Assembly (NCBI GenBank): GCA_001781465.1
Contig: MFLD01000043.1
Coordinates: 767-54,248, forward strand
Reading direction: 5' to 3'
Length of the DNA: 53,482 nt
From: Candidatus Kaiserbacteria bacterium RIFCSPHIGHO2_02_FULL_49_16
Lineage (GTDB): Bacteria > Patescibacteriota > Minisyncoccia > Phycocordibacterales > UBA2100
The notes beneath the pieces are model-generated. The model was not told where the DNA came from. It saw only the letters and a program-made list of their open reading frames with translations, and did no database searches. Below, in pieces: positions 32,894 to 41,620 of this stretch. A program made the translations under genes and the position numbers. Position 1 is the first letter of the stretch; the number at the start of each line of letters is the position of its first letter.

Positions 32894-35800
32894 TTACGCT
32901 CCTTGATTTTCTATAAACTCCATGTCTATCCCCAATCCGCGCAAGTGACGAACAAGAACGTTGAATGTCGCAGGCGTGTTCGTCTCCTCTATGCGTTTTC
33001 CGGAAACGATTGCGTCGAATGCGGCAGAGCGGCCCAGAATGTCGTCCGACTTGATTGTGAGAATTTCTCGCAAGCTATGCGCGGCGCCGTAGCCCAAAAA
33101 TGCCCATACTTCCATTTCCCCGACGCGCTGGCCTCCATTTTGCGCCTTGCCACCGAGCGGCTGTTGGGTCGTGAGCGAGTACGGACCGATGGAACGCATG
33201 TGAATTTTGTCTTCCACCATGTGATGCAGTTTCAGAATGTACATGATTCCGACGGATACTGGCTGAGCGAACGGCTCGCCGGTCAAACCATCAAAGAGTA
33301 TTCTCTTTCCTGTATCGGAGAGCTTGGCCTTCTTCAATTCCACGCGAATCTCTTCCTCTGTTGCTCCCGCAAAAGATGGCACAATTGCTTGATAATTCAG
33401 AGTCTCTGCCGCAAGCCCCAGGTGAAGTTCAAGAATTTGACCGAGGTTCATACGCGATGGAACTCCGAGAGGAGTCAGTATTATGTCGACAGGATTGCCA
33501 TCATCGTCGAACGGCATATCTTCCTCGGGAAGAACGCGCGAGATGACGCCTTTGTTGCCGTGTCGGCCCGCGAGCTTATCGCCCACGGATATCGTGCGAA
33601 GTTGCGCCACCTCAACGTGGACGCGTTTGATAACGCCGCTTTCGAGCGAATCTCCGGTCTCTCGGGAAAATACTTTGACTCCGATTACGCGCCCTCGCTT
33701 GCCTCCTTCCATGCGGAGCGACGTGTCCTTGACATCCTTCGCTTTTTCTCCAAACACCGCGTGGAGCAGGCGCTCTTCCGGCGTCAACTGTGTCTCTCCT
33801 TTCGGCGTAACCTTGCCGACCAAGATATCTCCGGAACGAACTTCCGCTCCGATGCGCACAACGCCATCCTCATCCAAATTCCTTAATTTAAATTCGCTGA
33901 CGTTCGGGATGTCGTGAGTTGTGACCTCAGGCCCAAGCTTCGTGTCGCGCACAACACATACGAATTCCTCCATATGTATTGATGTAAATCGCGCGCCCTT
34001 CGCGAGCCGTTCTGAAACAACTATCGCGTCTTCGTAATTCGCGCCGTACCACGGCAAAAATGCCACGCTAACATTCTGCCCGATGGAAAGCTGTCCGCCG
34101 TCGGACGTGGAAGTATCAGCGAGTACCGTGCCTTTCTTTACATGATCTCCCGCGGAAACTGCCGGTCTCTGGTGAAATGTAGTGAATCCATTGGTTCGAG
34201 AAAAATTCACCAACTTATACTCGTGCGTTTTGCCCGCGGAATTTTTGACATCAATGCGACGAGCATCCGCGTATGTAACTTCGCCGGGCTCGCTGGCGAT
34301 AATCAGCCGCCCCGAATCTCGCGCGGCCATTTCTTCCACGCCGGTCGCTACAAGCGGCGCTTGAGGGAGTACGAGCGGTACCGCTTGTTTTTGCATGTTG
34401 GAACCCATGAGCGCGCGGTTCGCGTCGTCGTTTTCAACGAACGGGATGAGCGCGGTCGCGACTGAAAACGGCTGATTCGTGGCAACTTCCATAAAATCAA
34501 CGTGTTCGCGGCTAACGAGAGTAGGGTTCCCGGCTTTGCGGACCTCTACGAATTTCTCAGTGATTAGACCGTTGTCATTGCGCGCAGTCGCGGCGTGAGC
34601 TATCGCATATTGCTCTTCTTCAAGCGCGTTTAAATATTTAATTTCTTTCGTGATGTGGCCTTTTTCCACTTTCGCGTATGGGGTCTCCACGATGCCAAAA
34701 TCATTTGGACGCGCGTACAGAGACATGTGCAATACCAGACCGATGTTCTTTCCTTCCGGCGTGTGAATTGGACAAACCCTTCCATAGTGGGAAGAGTGCA
34801 CGTCGCGCACCTCAAGGCCCGCGCGCTCTGAAGTAAGGCCGCCGCGCCCGAGAGTTGAAAGAGTTCTCAAGTGCTCTATCTCATCGAGCATGTTGTACTG
34901 CTGTGCTAATTGCGAAAGTTGGTCTGTCGCGAAAAATTCTCGGATAGCGGCTTGGAACGGACGAGGATTAACAAACTGGACTGGCAAAGAAGTTTCCGGG
35001 TCAACCATCGCCATTCTGTCCTGAATATTGCGCTTCATTCGCGAAAGTCCAACACGCATGCGCTGTTCCAAAAGTTCGCCCACGAAACGTACGCGCCTAA
35101 ATCCTAGATGGTCTATGTCGTCCGGCTCGGCCGCCGGATGAGCGTTCAATTCAGCGATGTGAGCGACAATGCGCGCTACGTCGTCGAGCGTGAGAGTGGA
35201 GTTCGTGATGTCCTTGTCGGATGTAGGAAGGCCGAAACGGCGGTTGAAATGAAAACGGCCTACGCGCGAGAAATCGTAACGATCAGGGCTTAAAATGGCC
35301 TTTACGTGGTCGCGAGCGGATTCTGGCGTTGCAATGTCGCCATCTCGGAGGCGCCGGTAAATCTCGACATATGCCTCCTCCGGCGTCTTCGCGTGATCAT
35401 GTCCGAGCGTCGTTTCTATTGCCGCGCGCGCCGCATGAGATTTTGCAAACTTGCCGATAACCTCATTGTCCGTGGCTAATCCCAAAATACGCAGAAGAGA
35501 TGTAACGGGGAAACGGCGCTTTCTATCAATCTTCACGTAAATACCGCCATCAACATCTGATTCAATTTCTATCCATACCCCGCGCGCGGGAATTATTTTC
35601 GCGGCGAAATAACCCTTCCCCTTGTAAGGAATTGATTCAAAGAAAACTCCGTATGAGCGGGCAAGCTGTGGCACCACGATGCGCTCGACGCCGTTGATAA
35701 TGAACGAGCCGTGCGGCGTCATCCACGGAAAATCCGCGAGAAAGATTTCTTGTTCTTTCTCATCTCCCGTTGTCTTATTTTTTAGGCGAGCAACCATCGA

Positions 35801-36067
35801 GAGCGGCGCCTCGTACGTGCGCATCGTCTGCTTCGCGTAATGCTCGTCCCAGCGCAAGGGTCCGAACGCGAATTTAACAAACTTCAATTCAAATTTCTTT
35901 CCCGCGTGGTCCGCTATCGGAGAAAACTCTCTGAAGACGCGCTCGGCTCCGCCCTCGATGAACTGCTTGAAAGAATCGCTTTGCGACTCTACGAGACTCG
36001 GCAGCTTGACGAGCGGCTCTCGAAAACGGCCAAAAAATTTCTGCGGACGGGCGTGCGGTTTTGCCAT
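32894..36067 (-). CDS. rpoB: DNA-directed RNA polymerase subunit beta
   Basis: Conserved blocks include GRHGNKGVISR, FGEKA.DVKDTSLR and EMEVWAL-type (EMEVWAFLGYGAAH). The ATG at 36067 gives MAKPHARPQKFFG. Confidence 0.95.
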   Translation of the reverse strand: MAKPHARPQKFFGRFREPLVKLPSLVESQSDSFKQFIEGGAERVFREFSPIADHAGKKFELKFVKFAFGPLRWDEHYAKQTMRTYEAPLSMVARLKNKTTGDEKEQEIFLADFPWMTPHGSFIINGVERIVVPQLARSYGVFFESIPYKGKGYFAAKIIPARGVWIEIESDVDGGIYVKIDRKRRFPVTSLLRILGLATDNEVIGKFAKSHAARAAIETTLGHDHAKTPEEAYVEIYRRLRDGDIATPESARDHVKAILSPDRYDFSRVGRFHFNRRFGLPTSDKDITNSTLTLDDVARIVAHIAELNAHPAAEPDDIDHLGFRRVRFVGELLEQRMRVGLSRMKRNIQDRMAMVDPETSLPVQFVNPRPFQAAIREFFATDQLSQLAQQYNMLDEIEHLRTLSTLGRGGLTSERAGLEVRDVHSSHYGRVCPIHTPEGKNIGLVLHMSLYARPNDFGIVETPYAKVEKGHITKEIKYLNALEEEQYAIAHAATARNDNGLITEKFVEVRKAGNPTLVSREHVDFMEVATNQPFSVATALIPFVENDDANRALMGSNMQKQAVPLVLPQAPLVATGVEEMAARDSGRLIIASEPGEVTYADARRIDVKNSAGKTHEYKLVNFSRTNGFTTFHQRPAVSAGDHVKKGTVLADTSTSDGGQLSIGQNVSVAFLPWYGANYEDAIVVSERLAKGARFTSIHMEEFVCVVRDTKLGPEVTTHDIPNVSEFKLRNLDEDGVVRIGAEVRSGDILVGKVTPKGETQLTPEERLLHAVFGEKAKDVKDTSLRMEGGKRGRVIGVKVFSRETGDSLESGVIKRVHVEVAQLRTISVGDKLAGRHGNKGVISRVLPEEDMPFDDDGNPVDIILTPLGVPSRMNLGQILELHLGLAAETLNYQAIVPSFAGATEEEIRVELKKAKLSDTGKRILFDGLTGEPFAQPVSVGIMYILKLHHMVEDKIHMRSIGPYSLTTQQPLGGKAQNGGQRVGEMEVWAFLGYGAAHSLREILTIKSDDILGRSAAFDAIVSGKRIEETNTPATFNVLVRHLRGLGIDMEFIENQGA

Positions 36068-36229
36068 AGCAACAGCGAACAACAGACTGCGCATGCGACC
36101 AGGCGTCGTATGCCGTGTGTTATTTATTTAGTTAAACCTCTTTTATTAAAAGAAAACCGCTTCCACCTATGTTCCCTTTACTAAAAGCGCAACCGCAACT
36201 CAATCTGGCTCTTGAGCAAATGTCGGGGG

Positions 36230-36258
36230 AGTATACACAGGGGCTATTGGGGTGTCAA
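36230..36258 (-). promoter_or_regulatory. Near-consensus sigma-70 promoter upstream of rpoB
   Basis: The minus strand reads TTGACA, a 17 nt spacer, then TATACT. This predicts a 5' UTR of about 155 nt. Confidence 0.5.
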
Positions 36259-36371
36259 TGGCTCCCTTGGCCTGTTGCCATCGGTCGATAGCAAGAGGAA
36301 TGTAACCGACTTATAACTGATTTGGCTTTGTTAAAACCATGCGCTTAATTCCCCCCATCAAGCTGCATTTG

Positions 36372-38036
36372 CTAAAAAGGCAGTGACATCATTTCATTTT
36401 GCGACACAAAAGAAACTGGCACCTCCACATCAGCAGGAAAACTAAACAGTGAATCAAGCATGCCAATTTCAACGTTATTGTAATCGTATCGGTTACCTTT
36501 CATCGCGTGACGTATTAAGTCTTTTATTATGGAAATGATTCGCTTTTTGTCTGCAGACGAAACCCAAAACGGATACGGAAGTCTCTCAAAATCTTTCCCC
36601 TGAATATTCTTAGTATGGTTTATTACTTCTTTAAGTATTCTATTACACTGACGGGTTAGAGACCATCCAAGCGCAAAGTATATTTCATCTTTCGCTACAT
36701 GCTCGCGAGGAAATGCACAGGGAGCCCCGCTATCAAGAATATAACCTGCTGGCAAGTACTTCATGTGCATCCGGCTCGCAATCAATTGCCACGTGATGCC
36801 TTCCCGCATGAAATATGGCTGCCCCCCAACGCCGCGCAAGTACCAATTACCCCCTTTCTTATAGGTTAAAACTGCATCCCCATCGTCTTTCCAATAAATC
36901 ATGTGTGTCGGTGGGTTATATATGATCGAGTTGTTTGCTTTATTGTAAGGAAGGTAATGCTTATGCGGGATAGCAATCTCACGCGGAGTGCTCAATCGCT
37001 CGATTGACACTGCGCGCCGAGTCGCTCCTGTCTTTTCTTTATCTTCGATTTCCCAAATCAATTTATCAGAAAGTTTGCCCAGCCGTGCTTTTTCTAATTC
37101 AGTTTTTAAGGTGATTGGCATCTCAGAGAATGAAAAGCGGTATGGCTCATATATTTTCCCGTTTATAATCTCTCGAACGAAATATTCGTTCTTTCCCGTG
37201 GTCATGCCACTTGTAGCGACAAAGAAATCGCCCATTCGAGATCCTGAAAAATATTTCTCAAGCTCCTGTTTCAATCCGAATGACAGATTGCCAGTTTTAT
37301 TGATACTTTCGTGTGAGAGAGGGCTTGAATGAACAGACACTTTTCCCGGTACGCCTCTATGGGTATACCGCAATATGACCATAGGATGAGTTGTTTCGTC
37401 TGAAAATGTCGGCAAGCGTTTAATTTCAATATCGCCGTTATGCATAAGATATGACCGAAGTCCGCGCATGGTATTGATTGTCAGAAATGTGTCGGAACAA
37501 ATGAACGCAAGACTACCGCCTCGCTTCAAGAGGTCGGTACTTTTCACAATGAAAAATGCGTATGTCTCTTTCTTTATTTTCTCACCATTACGCACACCGA
37601 ACATTGCGTCTAGAGCATCTTCGATAGAAGGGTCGAATGAGCCGCCAAAAGGCGGGTTACCGACAACGAAATCAAAATGAGTAGGAAATATTGTGCGGAA
37701 GAAATCGCCGTGAACAAGGTTGTGTTTTGATGGCATATAACCCCACCGATTACGTATATTCTGTAAACAATTCTCGTATAGATTCTTGTCCAGCTCGATA
37801 CCCCAAATATTTTCAGAAAGTATGCGTGAGAGACGTTCTTCGATGGAACCACTGTAAAGCGTGATGAATCTTTCAATGAGGGGGATTATGAAAGAGCCAT
37901 CGCCCATGCTCGGCTCCAAAAACTTATGATTCTTCGCAAGCGCGATTGTATCTACTATGCTTGAGGCCAAGGGTAGCGGAGTAAGGAACTGTCCCATTTG
38001 CCTCTTCTGGTTCCGCTTTAATTTTGTAGTGCTCAT
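36372..38036 (-). CDS. N6-adenine DNA methyltransferase (gamma-class, TaqI/Eco57I-like) with a C-terminal target-recognition region
   Basis: MGQFLTP (motif X), EPSMGDGSF (motif I) and VVGNPPFGG (motif IV NPPF). Confidence 0.8.
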   Translation of the reverse strand: MSTTKLKRNQKRQMGQFLTPLPLASSIVDTIALAKNHKFLEPSMGDGSFIIPLIERFITLYSGSIEERLSRILSENIWGIELDKNLYENCLQNIRNRWGYMPSKHNLVHGDFFRTIFPTHFDFVVGNPPFGGSFDPSIEDALDAMFGVRNGEKIKKETYAFFIVKSTDLLKRGGSLAFICSDTFLTINTMRGLRSYLMHNGDIEIKRLPTFSDETTHPMVILRYTHRGVPGKVSVHSSPLSHESINKTGNLSFGLKQELEKYFSGSRMGDFFVATSGMTTGKNEYFVREIINGKIYEPYRFSFSEMPITLKTELEKARLGKLSDKLIWEIEDKEKTGATRRAVSIERLSTPREIAIPHKHYLPYNKANNSIIYNPPTHMIYWKDDGDAVLTYKKGGNWYLRGVGGQPYFMREGITWQLIASRMHMKYLPAGYILDSGAPCAFPREHVAKDEIYFALGWSLTRQCNRILKEVINHTKNIQGKDFERLPYPFWVSSADKKRIISIIKDLIRHAMKGNRYDYNNVEIGMLDSLFSFPADVEVPVSFVSQNEMMSLPF

Positions 38037-38737
38037 AGAAAATTATATGCTGCCTGTGTCTGTGGCGTTACGATATGTCGTGATTCGTCGTAGAGCATTG
38101 CCTTTGCTTTGAGGCGCTTTAGAACTCTCTTTCTATTTGTCGCGAGCCTCCTATCGCCACCCTCGAGCATTTCTACGAGCCGTCGAACTTTCTCTCCGAG
38201 CGTTCTCTTTTTTGGTACCACGCCAGATTCTACGGATTTGAAAAACAGCCCTGCCTTGAGCATAATTTGCCCCGGACCAGAGTCGTGTGCCATGTAGTCT
38301 AGATAATCCAAAAGGTCAACAAGATGCACCTCGCATGACATCTTTGCCCCAATAGATACCTTAACAATTAAGAGATAGTAAGAATCGATCTTGTGATCCA
38401 AAAGAGCGTCTAGCAATTTCTTTAACGACACCATGTTCGGCTGACCCTTCGCACCAGTAATGCTCGTCTTTACGTTGATGGGATGATAAATACCTTTGCT
38501 CGGAAACCACACATCACCCATTGAGCGAGTCACGGTACCGCCTTTTGCCGTCCGATGATAGACAGCTTTGAAGGTCTGCTCAAGAAGCGCAGTGGTCTCT
38601 TCATCGATAAAGTCTGCCATCCTGTGTCCTACTTCTTTTCCCCTTGCTCTATCTATGAATGATTCACTTTTAACAGCCGCGTCCCAAAACTTCTGCGTAG
38701 TTTTCAGTATAGTTTTCTGTGCCTTCTCCTCTATCAT
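38033..38737 (-). CDS. Putative restriction endonuclease partner of the N6A-MTase
   Basis: 234 aa with an ATGA overlap onto the MTase start. It lies in the same AT-rich patch. GDVWFPSKGIYHPINVKTS is compatible with a D...(N/E)xK nuclease core. No family recognised. Confidence 0.4.
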   Translation of the reverse strand: MIEEKAQKTILKTTQKFWDAAVKSESFIDRARGKEVGHRMADFIDEETTALLEQTFKAVYHRTAKGGTVTRSMGDVWFPSKGIYHPINVKTSITGAKGQPNMVSLKKLLDALLDHKIDSYYLLIVKVSIGAKMSCEVHLVDLLDYLDYMAHDSGPGQIMLKAGLFFKSVESGVVPKKRTLGEKVRRLVEMLEGGDRRLATNRKRVLKRLKAKAMLYDESRHIVTPQTQAAYNFL

Positions 38738-38843
38738 GCACCAATCATACTACATCCTTGGTCAATGACCTCATCACCACAATTATCGCTTTTGGCGAAC
38801 TGGCCAAGTTTGTGCAGGGGCGGGTGTATGGGATAATGCGGGA

Positions 38844-39128
38844 ATGGAAGAAAAAAACGAACTGCGGGAATTGCGGGCAGAGATAGACTCAGTAGACGAG
38901 GACGTTCTCAATTCCCTTGCCAAGCGCACTGCGCTCGTCAAAAAAATCGGGCGATACAAGGCCACTCATAACATCGAGGCTGTTGATGAAGGAAGGCGCG
39001 ACGCTATTCTAAAAATGTGGGTGGAGAAAGGCGAGGCGCTTGGGCTATCAAAGGAATTCGTGACTGACATCAATAAGCTCGTGCATGATTACTCTGTTTC
39101 TGTCGAGAAAAATCGCAAAGATATTTAG
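38844..39128 (+). CDS. Chorismate mutase (AroQ class, monofunctional)
   Basis: LRELRAEIDSVDEDVLNSLAKRTALVKKIG...DEGRRDAIL is typical of the CM type 2 helical domain. Confidence 0.8.
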   Translation: MEEKNELRELRAEIDSVDEDVLNSLAKRTALVKKIGRYKATHNIEAVDEGRRDAILKMWVEKGEALGLSKEFVTDINKLVHDYSVSVEKNRKDI

Positions 39129-40444
39129 CGCGCCGAGGCCGCAATGAACGTTGTGTAATTAGTTTTGAGGTCTTGGATTGATTTTTCGAGGATTTTTAAT
39201 TTATAGAGTTTGGCGGCAGCGGCAGATGCGATAACGGCAGTTGAACGTGGTAATTTGTCCGCCGCCAAATCTTCCGCTGCTTTTGCAGTGTCCTCATATT
39301 CTTCTATTTTCGTACTCGGCCACTCGCTCTTCAAATACGCGCGGCACTGTTTGAGCGCCTGTTCGTGCGATGTAATGGTCGTTATTTCGCTCTTCCCCAT
39401 GCCCTCGCGGACCAAAAGATTTTGATGTATATCTATATCGAAGAGCTTTTTTATATCAAAGTTGTGTTTCGCCATAGCGTGAACGGTTTCGGTGACGACG
39501 CCGCCGGTCGAATTTTCAATAGGAAAAATACCGAGGCCAATAGCCCTCCCTTCAAGCGAAGAAAGCACGTTTTCAACAGAGATTAGGTATGCGAGCGAAA
39601 ATTCCTTCAGATTGCTGGTTTTTGCGTATTCTCTTGCCGCCTCTTCGGAAAAGCTACCCTCCGCGCCGGATATCCCAATCCTCAAGTTATCTTTCTCTTG
39701 AACATCTACCGGTTCCTGTAGCAAACCGCGAACTTTTTCCTCGGCGCTTTTAAATCGAGCAAGTACATCTTTGCAGTATGGGTTATACCGGAACACGTCG
39801 CGGAATAATTTCTCGTCGCGACGCACACTCTCCACCGCGTCCATAAGGTAGCCGAACGAGACGGTGTCGATATCGGTGCGCCTGAAACCGCCCTCCAAAA
39901 CCCCCTGCCCGATGAGGTGCGTTAGGAAAAGCGTTTCCGCGATTTGCTTGTCGTGGCTATCAGCCGTCATTTCAACCACGTTAAATCCGCATTGTTTTAA
40001 GAATGCCGCGAGCGCTTTGTATTCTTCCACTTCTAGCGAGCCATCTGTTATCACAATTCTAAAACCTTTCACATCGCCCGCGCGCTTTTCGTAACTTTCC
40101 GGACCCCACATCGGGTGTGCTGCAATGTAGCGGCGACCTTTTGCCAGTTTTTTCAAGAGCCCGGAGGTGTGTACTTTTACAGTAGCGATGTCCACGATTA
40201 CCGTGTCTTTTCCGGCAAGCGGGACGACTTTCGCAAGCACCTCCTCAAACGCGTGAATCGGCACTGTAAGAATGACGGCATCGCACTGCGCCGTGTCTGC
40301 AAGCGAGAAATATTTCTTATTGTCCGGCTCTTGCTCGCGCGAAAAAACTCGCACTTGAATTGAAGGCGCGAAGCGCTGGAAAAGCGTAAAAGCAAGTGCG
40401 CCGAACGAGCCGTATCCCACGATGCCGATGGTCTTGATTCTCAT
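39125..40444 (-). CDS. Fused prephenate dehydrogenase (TyrA, N-terminal) and prephenate dehydratase (PheA, C-terminal), no ACT domain
   Basis: N-terminal Rossmann IGIVGYGSFG and HPMWGPE (TyrA). From about aa 254 it reads LRIGISGAEGSFSEEAA, GIFPIENSTGGVV and NYTTFI (PDT domain). The ORF ends immediately afterwards. Confidence 0.75.
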   Translation of the reverse strand: MRIKTIGIVGYGSFGALAFTLFQRFAPSIQVRVFSREQEPDNKKYFSLADTAQCDAVILTVPIHAFEEVLAKVVPLAGKDTVIVDIATVKVHTSGLLKKLAKGRRYIAAHPMWGPESYEKRAGDVKGFRIVITDGSLEVEEYKALAAFLKQCGFNVVEMTADSHDKQIAETLFLTHLIGQGVLEGGFRRTDIDTVSFGYLMDAVESVRRDEKLFRDVFRYNPYCKDVLARFKSAEEKVRGLLQEPVDVQEKDNLRIGISGAEGSFSEEAAREYAKTSNLKEFSLAYLISVENVLSSLEGRAIGLGIFPIENSTGGVVTETVHAMAKHNFDIKKLFDIDIHQNLLVREGMGKSEITTITSHEQALKQCRAYLKSEWPSTKIEEYEDTAKAAEDLAADKLPRSTAVIASAAAAKLYKLKILEKSIQDLKTNYTTFIAASAR

Positions 40445-40501
40445 GCGTGGATTATACTACGGGACGCGCGCAACTATCTCCGCGTTGCAAACCAACACAG
40501 G

Positions 40502-40549
40502 AATGACAATACGATAGATGTACATATGTACATCTATCGTATTGTCATT
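40502..40549. repeat. 48 bp perfect AT-rich palindrome
   Basis: AATGACAATACGATAGATGTACAT|ATGTACATCTATCGTATTGTCATT, located between the secF stop and the tyrA-pheA start. Confidence 0.85.
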
Positions 40550-40596
40550 GAAACGAATAAAAAATAAATAGCAAGAAATGTGGCGAGAAATATTGA

Positions 40597-40631
40597 CCCC
40601 GGCACCATCCGCCTTCGGCGGAGCTACGGGG
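40597..40631 (-). terminator. Hairpin after secF containing a TCCGCC-TTCG-GCGGA mini-hairpin
   Basis: CCCCG..TCCGCCTTCGGCGGA..CGGGG lies 16 nt downstream of the secF stop. Confidence 0.5.
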
Positions 40632-40646
40632 CGGGACGTGATATAG

Positions 40647-41555
40647 CTACCTCCGATTCGCAAAATAACGTTCCGTTGAAACAAGGAGGGGCGTTGCTAA
40701 AAAGATTGACGAGTACGTGCCAGCGATAATTCCGACGAGAAGCGTCAATGCAAAATCTTTCGTGGAAGCGGGACCGAGGAAAAAGAGCGCGAGGAGCGTT
40801 ATCAAAACGGTGAGCGAGGTGTTTATGGAGCGCACGAATGTCTGCCCCAAGCTTCGACCTGCCGTTTCCGCGAAATCTTCTCGCCGGCCTCGTTCTTGAT
40901 TCACTCGCAGATTTTCCCGCACGCGATCAAAGACGACGATGGTGTCGTGGATAGAAAAACCGAGAACCGTTAGAATCGCCGTCACAAACAAAGTATCCAC
41001 CTGCGCTCCGAGGAAATATCCTAGCGCTGCGTAAAAGCCGACAGGCACGATTACATCGTGAACGAGAGTAACAAGCGCAATTAGTCCGTATATCCAGGAC
41101 GAAACGGGCTGTGAGACTTTTCGGAAAGCGAAAGCGATAAAAAGAAGAATCGCGAGCATAACAAGTCCGAGAGCGATGATTGCCTTGTTTCGCAACTCCA
41201 GCCCGACAGTCGGCCCGACTTCAGTCAATTCGGAAATCGAGGCAGGAAATCCGCCATGAACGGAAAAAGTCGCTGGTAGAGATGAGCGCATTTCGTTCGT
41301 GAGAGACCCTGTGCGCAGGATGTAATCATTTTCCCCTGCTCCGCGAAGCGAGTAGCCCTTAAATCCTGCCTCATCAAGCGTCAGAGAAAGCACTTTTGCA
41401 TCGGGCCGTCCTTTCTCGTATTTAACTTGTACGAGAGTTCCACCAGTGAAATCAGTTCCCTGATGCAATCCGAAGAAAATAAGCGCGCCGAGCGCGAGCG
41501 CCACAATCGTCCCGGTAATTGCGAAGAAAACTTTTCTGTGTTTGACTATAAACAT
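40647..41555 (-). CDS. secF: Protein translocase subunit SecF
   Basis: Six TM helices with conserved DFTGGT, HDVIV and SIHDTIVVFDRVRE blocks. Confidence 0.9.
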   Translation of the reverse strand: MFIVKHRKVFFAITGTIVALALGALIFFGLHQGTDFTGGTLVQVKYEKGRPDAKVLSLTLDEAGFKGYSLRGAGENDYILRTGSLTNEMRSSLPATFSVHGGFPASISELTEVGPTVGLELRNKAIIALGLVMLAILLFIAFAFRKVSQPVSSWIYGLIALVTLVHDVIVPVGFYAALGYFLGAQVDTLFVTAILTVLGFSIHDTIVVFDRVRENLRVNQERGRREDFAETAGRSLGQTFVRSINTSLTVLITLLALFFLGPASTKDFALTLLVGIIAGTYSSIFLATPLLVSTERYFANRR

Positions 41556-41620
41556 AATGGATAGTTAGTGGTCGATAGTTAGTAGTTATACAAGATACGA
41601 TATACACGATACAAGATACT

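Noticed and set aside
32903-33886. 327 aa plus-strand ORF inside rpoB, along with other plus-strand ORFs in 33361-35293
   Set aside because: They are antisense to the highly conserved beta subunit gene, have low-complexity composition and match no family.
40457-40684. 75 aa minus-strand ORF across the 48 bp palindrome
   Set aside because: It reads through a perfect palindrome and a terminator hairpin and overlaps the secF 3' end, so it is not credible as coding.
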